Shown: positions 45,787 through 54,971 of the stretch, piece after piece
How the letters are laid out: every line of letters begins with the position of its first letter
Numbering within the stretch: position 1 is the stretch's first letter
Source: an uncultured delta proteobacterium
Lineage (GTDB): Bacteria; Myxococcota_A; Polyangia; Fen-1088
Direction: 5' to 3'
NCBI GenBank assembly: GCA_963767925.1
Contig: CAVYGB010000008.1
Coordinates: 2,016,001 to 2,080,000, forward strand
Length of the DNA: 64,000 bases
Translations under genes and position numbers: made by a program
The notes under the pieces: generated by a model
The model's input: the letters and a program-made list of their open reading frames with translations, nothing else
Databases searched by the model: none
What the model was told of the DNA's origin: nothing

Positions 45787-47319
45787 CAGCGGCTCCCCTC
45801 CATCTTCGAGACACGTTCATCCAGGCGACCCAGGCCCATGAGAGCCAGGGCAGCCAGCCGGTGGAAGTCCAGGTTGAGAACCCCTTCCTGGTCCTCGATC
45901 ACGGCGGTCCGACCCAACTTGGATTTCTGGATGTCCTGGGCCATAGGGCCGTGGTGCCGACCCTCTCCGTGCTTCGCGGGATTCGAGTAGTCCCACTCGA
46001 AGGCGGACCTGGTGGCCTGTAGGAAGGCGTCGAGGTCTTTCCCTTCCAACTTGGCCACGTTGACCTTGACCCTTCGGTCCGAAGCCTTGGCAGCCCCACC
46101 GACGGCCTGGCCGATTCCACCCATGAACCCGCTGAGGACGCCGACCTTGTCCCAGAATCCGGGGGTGTCCTGCATGACCGCGATCCGCTCCATGACCTGG
46201 AGTTTCAGCTTCTCCAGATCCTCGGTCATGCCGAGGCGTTCAAGCTCCAACCACTGATCCCGTACGGACTTGGTGTACGCGTCGTCGAGACCGAGGGCCT
46301 TGAGATAGTTCTCAGCATCCGCTGCCGAGGCATTCTGGAGTTGAGCGGCGTTGAACCGTTCCATTTCGGAGTCCAGCGATGCCTGCAGACTCTGCAGCTT
46401 GACCTGAGCGTCCTGGTTGCCCTGATCTGCCGCAAGCTTGAGCTTCGCCCTTTCGGACAGGACACCCTGCATCCGATCGTCCGAGGCCAGATCGGCCGCC
46501 AACTTCTGGCCGGACTCCGTTGTCGCAAGTTGGATGTCCTGTCCTCGGGCGGCGGTTCCCAGGGACGCGAGTTCGCCACGGGCCTGGGCCTGCTCCTGGG
46601 CTCGGAGTTGAGCCCCCTGCGCTGCCGCGTTCTGTCGGATCTGAGCGATTTGAGTAGCCGCGGTTCGGTTAGCGGCGGCCACGGAACGACCCCGCGCGCC
46701 CGCTGCCAGGGAGAGCTGGGCGCCGGTTCCACGGGAGGCCGCCTCCCGGGACTGCAGCTCAGCAAGCGATGGCGCCTGGCCGCTGAGGGCTCCTTGGATA
46801 GACAGGGCTGCCTGGCGCTGCAGGTCAGTGAACTCGGAGGACTTGTCGAGGCTGGGCGCGGCTGTCCGGCCGGCGTAGTCCGTGGTTGGTGCCGCCACGA
46901 TCGGAGTCGCGCCAACCGAGACCGGCCCGGCCTGCGCCGCCTGCACCTTCGGCGCCTCGGTCGTCCTGGAGACCTCAGGAAGGGTCGTCGCGGTCGTCCG
47001 GGGTGAAGCAGGTGGCTGATAAGATCTCGTCTTCCAGACCGGTCCCTGCGTAGCCCCCGCCTCTCCGATCCTCGGGACGGAGTTGGTCGGCGGAGGAATC
47101 GCTGGTGTACGGCTGGATCGGAGGGGGCGGCGGCATCGGCCCGGGGTAGTTGGCGGGAACCGAAACGCCGGGGCCGTACGGAGTCCCAGCCCCACCACCT
47201 GGCGGCTTGGCCGACGTGGGAGGCGGTGGGGGAAGATCCGAACTGGCTTTGCCTCCGTGGGACTCGATCTCCAGTTGGGTCTTGCGCTTTCGGGCCTGCT
47301 CGATCTCTTCGGGCGTCAT
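45786..47319 (-). CDS. Virion protein with C-terminal Peptidase S74 intramolecular chaperone domain (probably split by a +1 error near 47.0-47.1 kb)
   Basis: SDRRVK, FEWDY, GPMAQDI, LDF, terminal coiled coil; joined length is 3n+1. Confidence 0.7.
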
Positions 47320-47328
47320 TCGTATTCC

Positions 47329-50241
47329 TTAGGTGGCTCGGTGTGCGGAGGGCAGCCGGGCGGACTTGCGATCCACCCCAACCTCCAGGATTAGCGCCTC
47401 AAGTCCCCATCCCGCGGTGCTGGGTGAGTCGTCACTCAGCCGGACCTTGATAGAGGTAGACCGCTGAAAATTCAGGGTGGGCCGGGCCTCCACGCGGTAT
47501 CCGTGCGCTGCGACGATGGCGGTAGAGGCCAGGGACTTGGTCTCGGTGCCCGTGCCGAACTTGTACGACGGCGTCAGGCTGATCGTGTGGGCACCGTTGA
47601 CCTGACCTAGGGCTACGATCCGGTACGTCCGCTGGTGGCCCGACAATCCGGCGAATGACAGCCACCCGGTCTCAAGAACCGCCTGGTAGGTCGATCCGGC
47701 CTCGGTCCAGACGGACGGGTCGTCATACCGGACCGCCCCACCGGAGGTCAGGTAGTGCGCCACACCGTCGACAACCCCAGCACCAACGGCAGCCTGCCCG
47801 GTGAACCAGGTCCACAACTTGTGGTGAAGGTCGTAGACCAGAGTAGTGCCAGCGGTCGTGTAAAACCGGACCTGGCGACCAACCTGGACGGCGTCAACCA
47901 CGGTCAGCCCAGCCACCACGTCCTCTACCGGGGCCCCGATGTACTCCGCCCCCGCGTCCCCCAGGATCCAGATCTGCCCGGTGGCGGAGTCCTGGAAGAA
48001 CACTCCGATCTCGGTTGACACCACCGAGACCTGAGACCGGGCGCCCAGTGGCAACTCAAGGCGGTCCGGCTGCGGGAACTCGCCAGCACCAGTGTTGTCC
48101 GGCCCTTGGCCAGTGATGGCGTAGATAGCCCCGGACTTGAAGGCCAGCAACCTGGACCCGCCATCCGCCAGGGCCACGAAGTCCCCGTACTTGTCCGTCA
48201 CCTGGATGAACTGGGTATCGCTGTGGCTGACCCCGGTGGCCTCCTCAATCAGCTTGGAGAACACCACGAACTCCCCGTCCGTGGACCAGAGCCGGTTCCC
48301 CCACAGCTCAACCGCGGTACAGGGCGAGGATGCGGTGTTGGCCAGGACGGCGTCACCGATGGTGTACAGACGCTCCTGGGTCACGAGGACGGCGTCAGAC
48401 GTGGTGTCCACGGCGACAACGGCCACGGACGACGTGTCGTTGGCCACGGTAGTGGCGCGGAAGAACTCCGCCTCGGCTGCCACCGGGGGATCGACCTCCG
48501 TCCTGTACGCGACCAGCAGAGCACCTTGGTTGGGAGCCTTCTTCAGCGTGGCGGTCAGGGACTCGACGGTCAGGTAGACTTCCTTGGGCCCCCCGGTCAC
48601 CACCGCCTCGACGGCTGCGGACGGCTCGGACTGGTGACGGCGTCCGGTCCCGTCGATCCACTCCCAGACAAACCGGTAGTAGTACGTCCCGTCCGACAGT
48701 CCCGAGGACCCGACAAGTGCGGACTCGATGAAGTGAGGCGGGCCCTCAAACCCGAGTTCGCTGACCCCCAGGCCGTCGTAGATCCGGGGCCACGAACCCG
48801 GGATCACGGTGACGCCAGCGGCCTCCAGCCACCTGGACCGGACGGACGGGTCGAAGTACACCGCACACGCCCCATACTGGGTCGAGGTGATCAGGTTGTT
48901 GGTGGCGCAGACGAACCCGGTGGATGTGGTCTGGACGGCAGGCAGAGCCGGCTGGACGTCCACCCTGGCCACCGAAGGCAGGGCCCGGCCCACCAAGGTC
49001 CCCGTGGTGGCGGACATGATGAACAGCGAGGCTCGGTCTGGCTCCCCGGTCAGTTGACCCGAGAAGCCAGCGGACACCAGGACGTACTTCACGGAGTCCG
49101 ACGTGAACACGTGAGAGGCGAGTTCCAGTCCGTAGTACGTGGCCACATCCGTGCTGACGCCCCCAGAGGTCCGGGTCAGGTAGTTTGTGGCCAGCCGGTT
49201 GTTCGACGTCCCTACCGTCGCGGTGTGCGTGACCAGGATGTGGGAGGTCCCCGACCCGTCGAGCCACCCCGTGACCCCCCGGAAGTTGGGAGTACCGGAG
49301 TACGTTTTCACAGTAGCCGAGGTGGTGAAGCTCCCGAGACCGGCTGAGGCGACCAGCAACCGCACCACGCCGGTCGTCTTCGCGGACTGGGCGATGTGGT
49401 ATCCGCCAAGAGAGTCGTAGTTCAGGATGGCGAACGACCCCTCACGATTGCCCGTATCCGCGGACTCCGTCAGCACGGCGGCGGAGGACATCGTGGAGAC
49501 GTTCCAGCGCCGTACTCTGGCCCGCTCGTCGTTCGGGGCTCCACCGTTGGCCACGAGGTACGCCAGCGTGACCTCAGACGCCGAGACCACGATGCCGTCG
49601 TAGCCTCCAGGGGAGTTGTCCGAGACCTCACGATAGTCCAGGTCGATGGTGTTGGCCGACCCAACGGTGCCGGGACTGGCCTGGGCGATCTTGCGTCCGC
49701 TGAGAACGCCGGTGTCGGAAGTGACGTACGTCAGGAGGATGTCAGTCCCGACGACAAACAGCCTCGGGATCCTGTCGTCGGGATCCGTCGTCACGACGAT
49801 TTCGGACACCACATAGGCACCGGTGGCGACGTCGCGCACGGCGTACCGGAGGCCACCCCTCGCATCGACCCAGACGTGATAGTCCAGCCCGCCGGCCCTC
49901 ACCATGTCGTGCTGGGTCTGGGCGAAGGCGGTGTTGTTGACCTGGCTGACGCTGGTGTCGAACGAGGTCAGAGACCCCCGGGAGTTGTCGGCTCCCCCGT
50001 ACCTGGAGTACAGGGTGTCGTCAGTCCCGATGATCAGCTCGTCCCCGTGGTCGTGGATGTTCCGGGCACCCGCCACTGTGGTCAGCAGAGAGGTACCGGA
50101 CCGACGATCGTAAAGACCTGTCTCGGTCATGGTGACGTTCTGGGCAACTTCGAGAGTCCCGGCGATGGTCAGCCGGTCGCTCGTCTTGGTGTCCAGCTTC
50201 GAGAGCCGAACTTCGACGGTCTGGGGGGATAGGACGCTCAT
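47329..50241 (-). CDS. Tail nozzle / tubular protein B-like beta-propeller protein
   Basis: 970 aa beta-rich; LLAFKSGAIYAITG, GVFFQ, LVYDL...WT patterns; position. Confidence 0.7.
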   Translation of the reverse strand: MSVLSPQTVEVRLSKLDTKTSDRLTIAGTLEVAQNVTMTETGLYDRRSGTSLLTTVAGARNIHDHGDELIIGTDDTLYSRYGGADNSRGSLTSFDTSVSQVNNTAFAQTQHDMVRAGGLDYHVWVDARGGLRYAVRDVATGAYVVSEIVVTTDPDDRIPRLFVVGTDILLTYVTSDTGVLSGRKIAQASPGTVGSANTIDLDYREVSDNSPGGYDGIVVSASEVTLAYLVANGGAPNDERARVRRWNVSTMSSAAVLTESADTGNREGSFAILNYDSLGGYHIAQSAKTTGVVRLLVASAGLGSFTTSATVKTYSGTPNFRGVTGWLDGSGTSHILVTHTATVGTSNNRLATNYLTRTSGGVSTDVATYYGLELASHVFTSDSVKYVLVSAGFSGQLTGEPDRASLFIMSATTGTLVGRALPSVARVDVQPALPAVQTTSTGFVCATNNLITSTQYGACAVYFDPSVRSRWLEAAGVTVIPGSWPRIYDGLGVSELGFEGPPHFIESALVGSSGLSDGTYYYRFVWEWIDGTGRRHQSEPSAAVEAVVTGGPKEVYLTVESLTATLKKAPNQGALLVAYRTEVDPPVAAEAEFFRATTVANDTSSVAVVAVDTTSDAVLVTQERLYTIGDAVLANTASSPCTAVELWGNRLWSTDGEFVVFSKLIEEATGVSHSDTQFIQVTDKYGDFVALADGGSRLLAFKSGAIYAITGQGPDNTGAGEFPQPDRLELPLGARSQVSVVSTEIGVFFQDSATGQIWILGDAGAEYIGAPVEDVVAGLTVVDAVQVGRQVRFYTTAGTTLVYDLHHKLWTWFTGQAAVGAGVVDGVAHYLTSGGAVRYDDPSVWTEAGSTYQAVLETGWLSFAGLSGHQRTYRIVALGQVNGAHTISLTPSYKFGTGTETKSLASTAIVAAHGYRVEARPTLNFQRSTSIKVRLSDDSPSTAGWGLEALILEVGVDRKSARLPSAHRAT

Positions 50242-50242
50242 G

Positions 50243-51292
50243 TTATGGCACGACGTAAAGGGGTCGTTCGGTTGTCGCACCGGTGGCCGACCGGCGTTCA
50301 GCGACCACCAGGTAGTGAACGCTCGTGAGGTTGGAAGCCGAGGTCTGCTGGATCTCTCCAGTGACACTGATCGTGGACTCCATGATCGAGCCACCGGACC
50401 CGATCGTGCCGAGGGTGGGGCCGAGGCCGAGGACGACCCGCACGACATCACCGGCGACGAGCTGAGCCGCTGTGATGGGGCCAGCACCGCTCCGTCCCCG
50501 AATGGTGTCCAGGATCAGGACGGACCCGACGTTGGCCGCGGGTCCCATCATCACGCGTCGAAAGGCTCGGGAGCCACTGACGCTACAGTCGATTGAGAGC
50601 GCGGTACTCAGCGGAAGGAGAGTCGACACGATGTCCACTTTCAAGGGGACCACCGGGACAAGGGTCCCGTCCGTGATCTCGACTTGCCAGAAGTTGGCGG
50701 TTGGGACGCTCGATTCCCAATGAGAGCGGAGCTTGATGTCCCGATTGGTTCCGTACGTGTAGTTCCCGTCGGCTCCGGAGCCACCCCCGGAGTTGGCCAC
50801 CCCAGACCGGACGTCGAGACCCGCATTGATGTGAGCGCCCGCGACAACAAACGTGGTCCCGTCGAAGGTCAGAGTGTTGACGCTCGCCAGCGACGTGGCG
50901 CCAGACCAAATCGCCACCTCGTTCACGGTCCCGCTGCCACTGATACCGGCGGAACCAGAGGCAGCGGTGGTCAGCCTGCCCTTGGCATCCACCGTCAGGT
51001 TGGCGTTGGTGTACGAACCCGGTGTCACGGTTGTGTTGGGAAGGTCGGCGTCTGCGATGCCGGAAACCGTCAGGGCAGTCGTCCGTCCCTTGGCGTCCAT
51101 CGTGACCGAGCGGACGAAGCTGGACCCCCCGCCGTACGCCCCGGCTCCGGGACCCAGGTCGGGGAGCAACGAGTCCACCACCTGGAGCCGCTTGTCGAGG
51201 GCGTTGTGAGCGTCGATGACCCGGAGGAGTGCCTTCGGCAGCTCTTGCCGCTGCTCTTGGACGGTCAGTCGTGGGCGTTGAACCTGCGCCAT
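50243..51292 (-). CDS. Short tail fibre/spike-like protein
   Basis: Repeats VTMDAKGRTT / LTVDAKGRLT, TPGSYTNAN, SGSGTVNEVAIW. Confidence 0.65.
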   Translation of the reverse strand: MAQVQRPRLTVQEQRQELPKALLRVIDAHNALDKRLQVVDSLLPDLGPGAGAYGGGSSFVRSVTMDAKGRTTALTVSGIADADLPNTTVTPGSYTNANLTVDAKGRLTTAASGSAGISGSGTVNEVAIWSGATSLASVNTLTFDGTTFVVAGAHINAGLDVRSGVANSGGGSGADGNYTYGTNRDIKLRSHWESSVPTANFWQVEITDGTLVPVVPLKVDIVSTLLPLSTALSIDCSVSGSRAFRRVMMGPAANVGSVLILDTIRGRSGAGPITAAQLVAGDVVRVVLGLGPTLGTIGSGGSIMESTISVTGEIQQTSASNLTSVHYLVVAERRSATGATTERPLYVVP

Positions 51293-51948
51293 CAGAACGG
51301 CTCGGGGTCGTACCCCTCAAGCTGTCGCAGGTGCCGCCGGCCCCGAACATCGCGGACCTTCTGTGGCTCCCCCTGGTCCCGGCCCTTGGCTGCCCCTTCA
51401 ATCCGCTGGCGGATACGCTCCGCGCGAGCCGTCAGGGACGAGCCGTCCTGCTGCTGCAGCTCCTTGACCCGGGCAGCGGCGTTCAGGACGGCGAGCTGAT
51501 GCCAGTTGTTGGGTACCGTGAAGTCGTCGTCGTCCGCCGAAAGGTTGACGTAGTGCGGGACGTAGAACAGACGATAGGCTCCGGGAGCTACATCCGCGGG
51601 TCGGATCTCGAGATTGGTTCCAATGATGGCGTACGACTTCCGCATCCCCCGACGGTTCCGATCGCCCCAGTTGAACCGAGGCAGATCCCGCGGGTGGGTG
51701 GCGTACGCCAGATCCTCAACCCCCTTGGCCTTGAGGAAGTCCACCGGCAGGGGTACGGAAGACGACCCGGAGGAGATCAGGAGCGTCCCGGTAGGGACGA
51801 CGAAGTACTCCTCAAACGAGGCAACCAGCAGGTCGTACAGATCTGCCAGGCACTCGTTGAGGATGGAGTCCACCGTAGCAGAGTCCACCACCCCAGTAGA
51901 GTCCGCCTCGGCCAGGACGGCCGTCCTCATGGTGACGAGAAGAGGCAT
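51292..51948 (-). CDS. Head-tail adaptor / tail tubular protein A-like
   Basis: Helical N-terminus, LPVDFLK, LEIRP; size and position. Confidence 0.65.
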   Translation of the reverse strand: MPLLVTMRTAVLAEADSTGVVDSATVDSILNECLADLYDLLVASFEEYFVVPTGTLLISSGSSSVPLPVDFLKAKGVEDLAYATHPRDLPRFNWGDRNRRGMRKSYAIIGTNLEIRPADVAPGAYRLFYVPHYVNLSADDDDFTVPNNWHQLAVLNAAARVKELQQQDGSSLTARAERIRQRIEGAAKGRDQGEPQKVRDVRGRRHLRQLEGYDPEPF

Positions 51949-52000
51949 CAGGCTCCCCCCGTGCTCTCTTGGCTGTGGCGCTTGGGCATCTGCTCTCCTG

Positions 52001-52047
52001 AAAGACGAAGGGCCGGCCGACGGTTACAAGGCGTCCGACCGGCCCTC
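52001..52047 (-). terminator. Terminator-like hairpin after capsid-accessory genes
   Basis: AGGGCCGG...CCGGCCCT stem followed by TCGTCTTT on the minus strand. Confidence 0.5.
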
Positions 52048-52067
52048 GGGTGGGGTTGAGTGTTTCG

Positions 52068-52274
52068 CTACTTGGCGCAGAGCCGAGACGCCTCTTTGAA
52101 GGCTTCAGCCATCCCAGTGACGTCCTTCTTGGCAGCGGCCTCCAGGAAGGCGGTCATCTCTTCCTCAAGGTCGGCCCCGTAGTCCTCCCCCTTCGAGGAC
52201 TTGCCGAAAGGGTTGCCCCCCTCCCCGTCCTCTTCCCCGTAGAGCCCGAGGGCCTTCTCTGCCAGCCCGCGCAT
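52068..52274 (-). CDS. Small acidic phage protein
   Basis: 68 aa; ATG overlaps upstream TGA. Confidence 0.6.
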   Translation of the reverse strand: MRGLAEKALGLYGEEDGEGGNPFGKSSKGEDYGADLEEEMTAFLEAAAKKDVTGMAEAFKEASRLCAK

Positions 52275-52669
52275 CACGCCTGCCCCGTGTTGACGACCAC
52301 CACGAACCGCAGTACGGCCCCGTCTTCGACCTCGGCATCCGCTCCGGCGGCGGCATCCGTCGGGACGATCGTGAACTGCATGAAGGCGACCTTGCCCGCG
52401 GCATCCACTCCACGAAGGGTGCATGCGACCCCCTTGGCCTGGACGGCAGCGGTATCCGCCGACAACTGAACCACTCCGTGGGCGTATTCAATCGTCTGGT
52501 ACTTCTCGGCCAGCGTGATGGTGTACCGCCCGGTCTCGGTCGCAGTCTTGGTGACGGTGAATCCGTCACAATCCTGGGACCCGACGGTCCCCGAGGTCGT
52601 GGTGGTCACGATCCCGCTCAGGATGTCCTTGTTGGACCCCACCGTCCGAACGCGCTTGTTGATTGCCAT
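52274..52669 (-). CDS. Putative capsid decoration protein
   Basis: 131 aa beta-rich ORF directly after the capsid gene; AAGGA SD. Confidence 0.55.
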   Translation of the reverse strand: MAINKRVRTVGSNKDILSGIVTTTTSGTVGSQDCDGFTVTKTATETGRYTITLAEKYQTIEYAHGVVQLSADTAAVQAKGVACTLRGVDAAGKVAFMQFTIVPTDAAAGADAEVEDGAVLRFVVVVNTGQA

Positions 52670-52692
52670 TTTTGGTTTCCTTGGGAACCGGC

Positions 52693-52714
52693 GGGGCCCC
52701 AGTGACGGGGCCCC
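52693..52714. terminator. Hairpin immediately downstream of capsid gene
   Basis: GGGGCCCC-AGTGAC-GGGGCCCC; no clear U-tract. Confidence 0.4.
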
Positions 52715-52725
52715 TCCAGCTCCTG

Positions 52726-53934
52726 TTAGCCCATCGTGATCCGGCCGTTGTGGCCAGGCATGTGGCAGGACAGGACGTAGCTGGACTTCCAGCGACCAAC
52801 CACACCGTCCAGAGCCTCCGCATCGATGAACTTCCCGCCACGGACCGGGTTGCGGATCAGCTCACCCAGGGTGTGAAGCTCCCAGGTGTTCTTGGTCAGC
52901 GCGAACCAGGTGTCGTCCGGGCACTTGGTCGCCGCAACCACCAGGATATCCCCCTGGGGCCCGAGCAGTTTGACGCCACGGAAGTTCAGCTTCAGCTCGC
53001 TGGACGCCATGCCATCCCACTGGGCGTTGTTGTTCATCTCGGTCACCAGGGAGGCAACCCGAGAGGTCGACCCGAACACGACCTCCGGCCGTCCGCCGAA
53101 GTTCTTGCCGTACGCGAGGCCCTTGATGATGGCCTCACGGTTGCTCATCCCTGCCGAAGCGGGGTACTTCCAGCCCGAGGCGCGCTCACCGTACGGGTAG
53201 CGGTCGAAGCTCCCCACGCCGAACGCATCACCCGAAGAGGCGACGTCGGTCAGCCAGGCCCGGATTCCGACCGGACCCGCCGCATTCTCGAAGCCCTTCT
53301 GGAAGATGTAGTCCCCAGCGGCCTCACCGGTCACGTCACCCATGTCGTCAAAGGTCACGGTGCCGGCGCTGTACTGGATCGAGGCGACAACCGCCTCACC
53401 GGAACGGAGCGATGCACCCGTAGCGGTGTCATCAAACACGCAGGTCATTCCGACCTCGAAATTGAAGCAGTCCGAGGGATTGGTCAGCGTGAGGACGTGG
53501 GTGCTGATGCCGCCGGTCGCGATCCGACCAATGGCCCCCGAACCGTTGCCCCAAAGACAGGTTTCGAGCTTGTCCCCGTGGTTGCGGAGAGTCGACTCGT
53601 ACATCAGCTTGAGCGACTGAACGATCGCGTTCTTCTCGGACTGCTCGATCGCGTCGTTTTCGAGGGAGAACGACGTGTAGAACTTCTTCCAGTTCTGGAC
53701 GATGTCCGTTGCGGCGGGGTCAAGCTCCGCTGCAATAGCGGCGGTCAGGGTCGGCGCCTGGCCTCCCGCCTCACGGAGGAGGAGACGGGTCGTGACGTTC
53801 TTTCCACCGCTGGGGACCTTCGGGAGGAAGGCGGTCAGCGGGGCGTCTTTGAGGGCGAGGGACTTGATTGTCCCGGGCGTGTACGCAACTTCGGTAAAGG
53901 CTGCCAGGTCGGCAGCGGTCGTGGTGAGAGCCAT
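52726..53934 (-). CDS. Major capsid protein
   Basis: 402 aa after scaffold; LETCLWGNGSG, C-terminal CHMPGHNGRI; AAGGA SD. Confidence 0.75.
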   Translation of the reverse strand: MALTTTAADLAAFTEVAYTPGTIKSLALKDAPLTAFLPKVPSGGKNVTTRLLLREAGGQAPTLTAAIAAELDPAATDIVQNWKKFYTSFSLENDAIEQSEKNAIVQSLKLMYESTLRNHGDKLETCLWGNGSGAIGRIATGGISTHVLTLTNPSDCFNFEVGMTCVFDDTATGASLRSGEAVVASIQYSAGTVTFDDMGDVTGEAAGDYIFQKGFENAAGPVGIRAWLTDVASSGDAFGVGSFDRYPYGERASGWKYPASAGMSNREAIIKGLAYGKNFGGRPEVVFGSTSRVASLVTEMNNNAQWDGMASSELKLNFRGVKLLGPQGDILVVAATKCPDDTWFALTKNTWELHTLGELIRNPVRGGKFIDAEALDGVVGRWKSSYVLSCHMPGHNGRITMG

Positions 53935-53966
53935 TTGGCTGGTCCTTCAGGGAGAGCGGTGGGCAG

Positions 53967-54935
53967 TCAGCCGCCGAACATCCGCGCAGCGATGGCGCGA
54001 ATCTCGTCGTCCGTGTGGACGCGGTTTGGGTCGGCGGGCGGGCTCGCATGGCCCGCGTGCTCGTTGCTCAATCCCCGAAAGCTCTGGGGTGCCGGCTTTC
54101 CACCGGCTGGCGCCTGTTGGCGCTGATATCCGAGCTTCTTGGCCCGGCGTTCGGTCTCGTCAGAAATGATTTGGTTGACCTTGGCGGCGGCGTCCCGATA
54201 CAGGCCCAACATGCCGGCCTGGTCATTGGGGGCTCGGCCAGTCTTGTTGAGATGGGTCCACCGGGACTCGACGACGGAATAGATGGCGTCCGCCGCCTCC
54301 TCCCCGTCAGCCTCAGCCGCGGGGAAGTCCTTCGCGTTGTCCTGCAGGAACTTCAGGGTCGCGGCGACGTTGGAAGCCCGCGCCTCACTAACTTCCCGGG
54401 CCTGGCGGGCCTGCTCGGCCTCCTGGCGCGCGGTCTCTGCGGCTTCGTCCCGCTCCCGGATCTGGCGCTCAAGGGCAGCGACCTTGTCCTCAACGGACAG
54501 CGTGGGACTCCCGCCTGCTCTACGCGTGGCGATCGCATCCGTGACCTTGTCGGGATCCAGCTCAACGGCGTCCGCGATCTGGCCGATGAACTCCAAGGGA
54601 TCGTCCTTGGCCAGCGCCAGCATGTCAATGAACGGCTGGTACTTGTCGACGGTCGCCTTGAACTCGTCGCGCTCTCGTTCCGCGGTGAGAGCACGGGACT
54701 CGGCGGCCCGCTTGCCCCGAGACAACTCCACCACCCGGCCCTCCTTGGCGTCGGGCTCCGTCTTGGCCGGGATAGGAGTGGTCTGCCCCTCCGCGGGGTT
54801 GTCGGTCGTGGTCGGGGCGGTGTCCCCCGAGACTTCCTGGACGGTATCGGTCTCGGTGGACGCAGAGCCGGCGCTGTCCCCAGTGGGGTCGGCAGAGGCT
54901 ACGGAGGCAGCGGAGGCATCAAGCTCAAGAGCCAT
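53967..54935 (-). CDS. Capsid scaffolding protein
   Basis: Acidic disordered N-terminus, coiled coils, short C-terminal helix; between portal and capsid. Confidence 0.7.
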   Translation of the reverse strand: MALELDASAASVASADPTGDSAGSASTETDTVQEVSGDTAPTTTDNPAEGQTTPIPAKTEPDAKEGRVVELSRGKRAAESRALTAERERDEFKATVDKYQPFIDMLALAKDDPLEFIGQIADAVELDPDKVTDAIATRRAGGSPTLSVEDKVAALERQIRERDEAAETARQEAEQARQAREVSEARASNVAATLKFLQDNAKDFPAAEADGEEAADAIYSVVESRWTHLNKTGRAPNDQAGMLGLYRDAAAKVNQIISDETERRAKKLGYQRQQAPAGGKPAPQSFRGLSNEHAGHASPPADPNRVHTDDEIRAIAARMFGG

Positions 54936-54957
54936 CTACCCACCGGGATTCCCGCCG
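54933..54957 (-). promoter_or_regulatory. Late-gene motif, copy 2 (includes scaffold ATG)
   Basis: CATCTACCCACCGGGATTCCCGCCG, identical to 57134-57158. Confidence 0.75.
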
Positions 54958-54971
54958 CACTTGGCGGGGGA

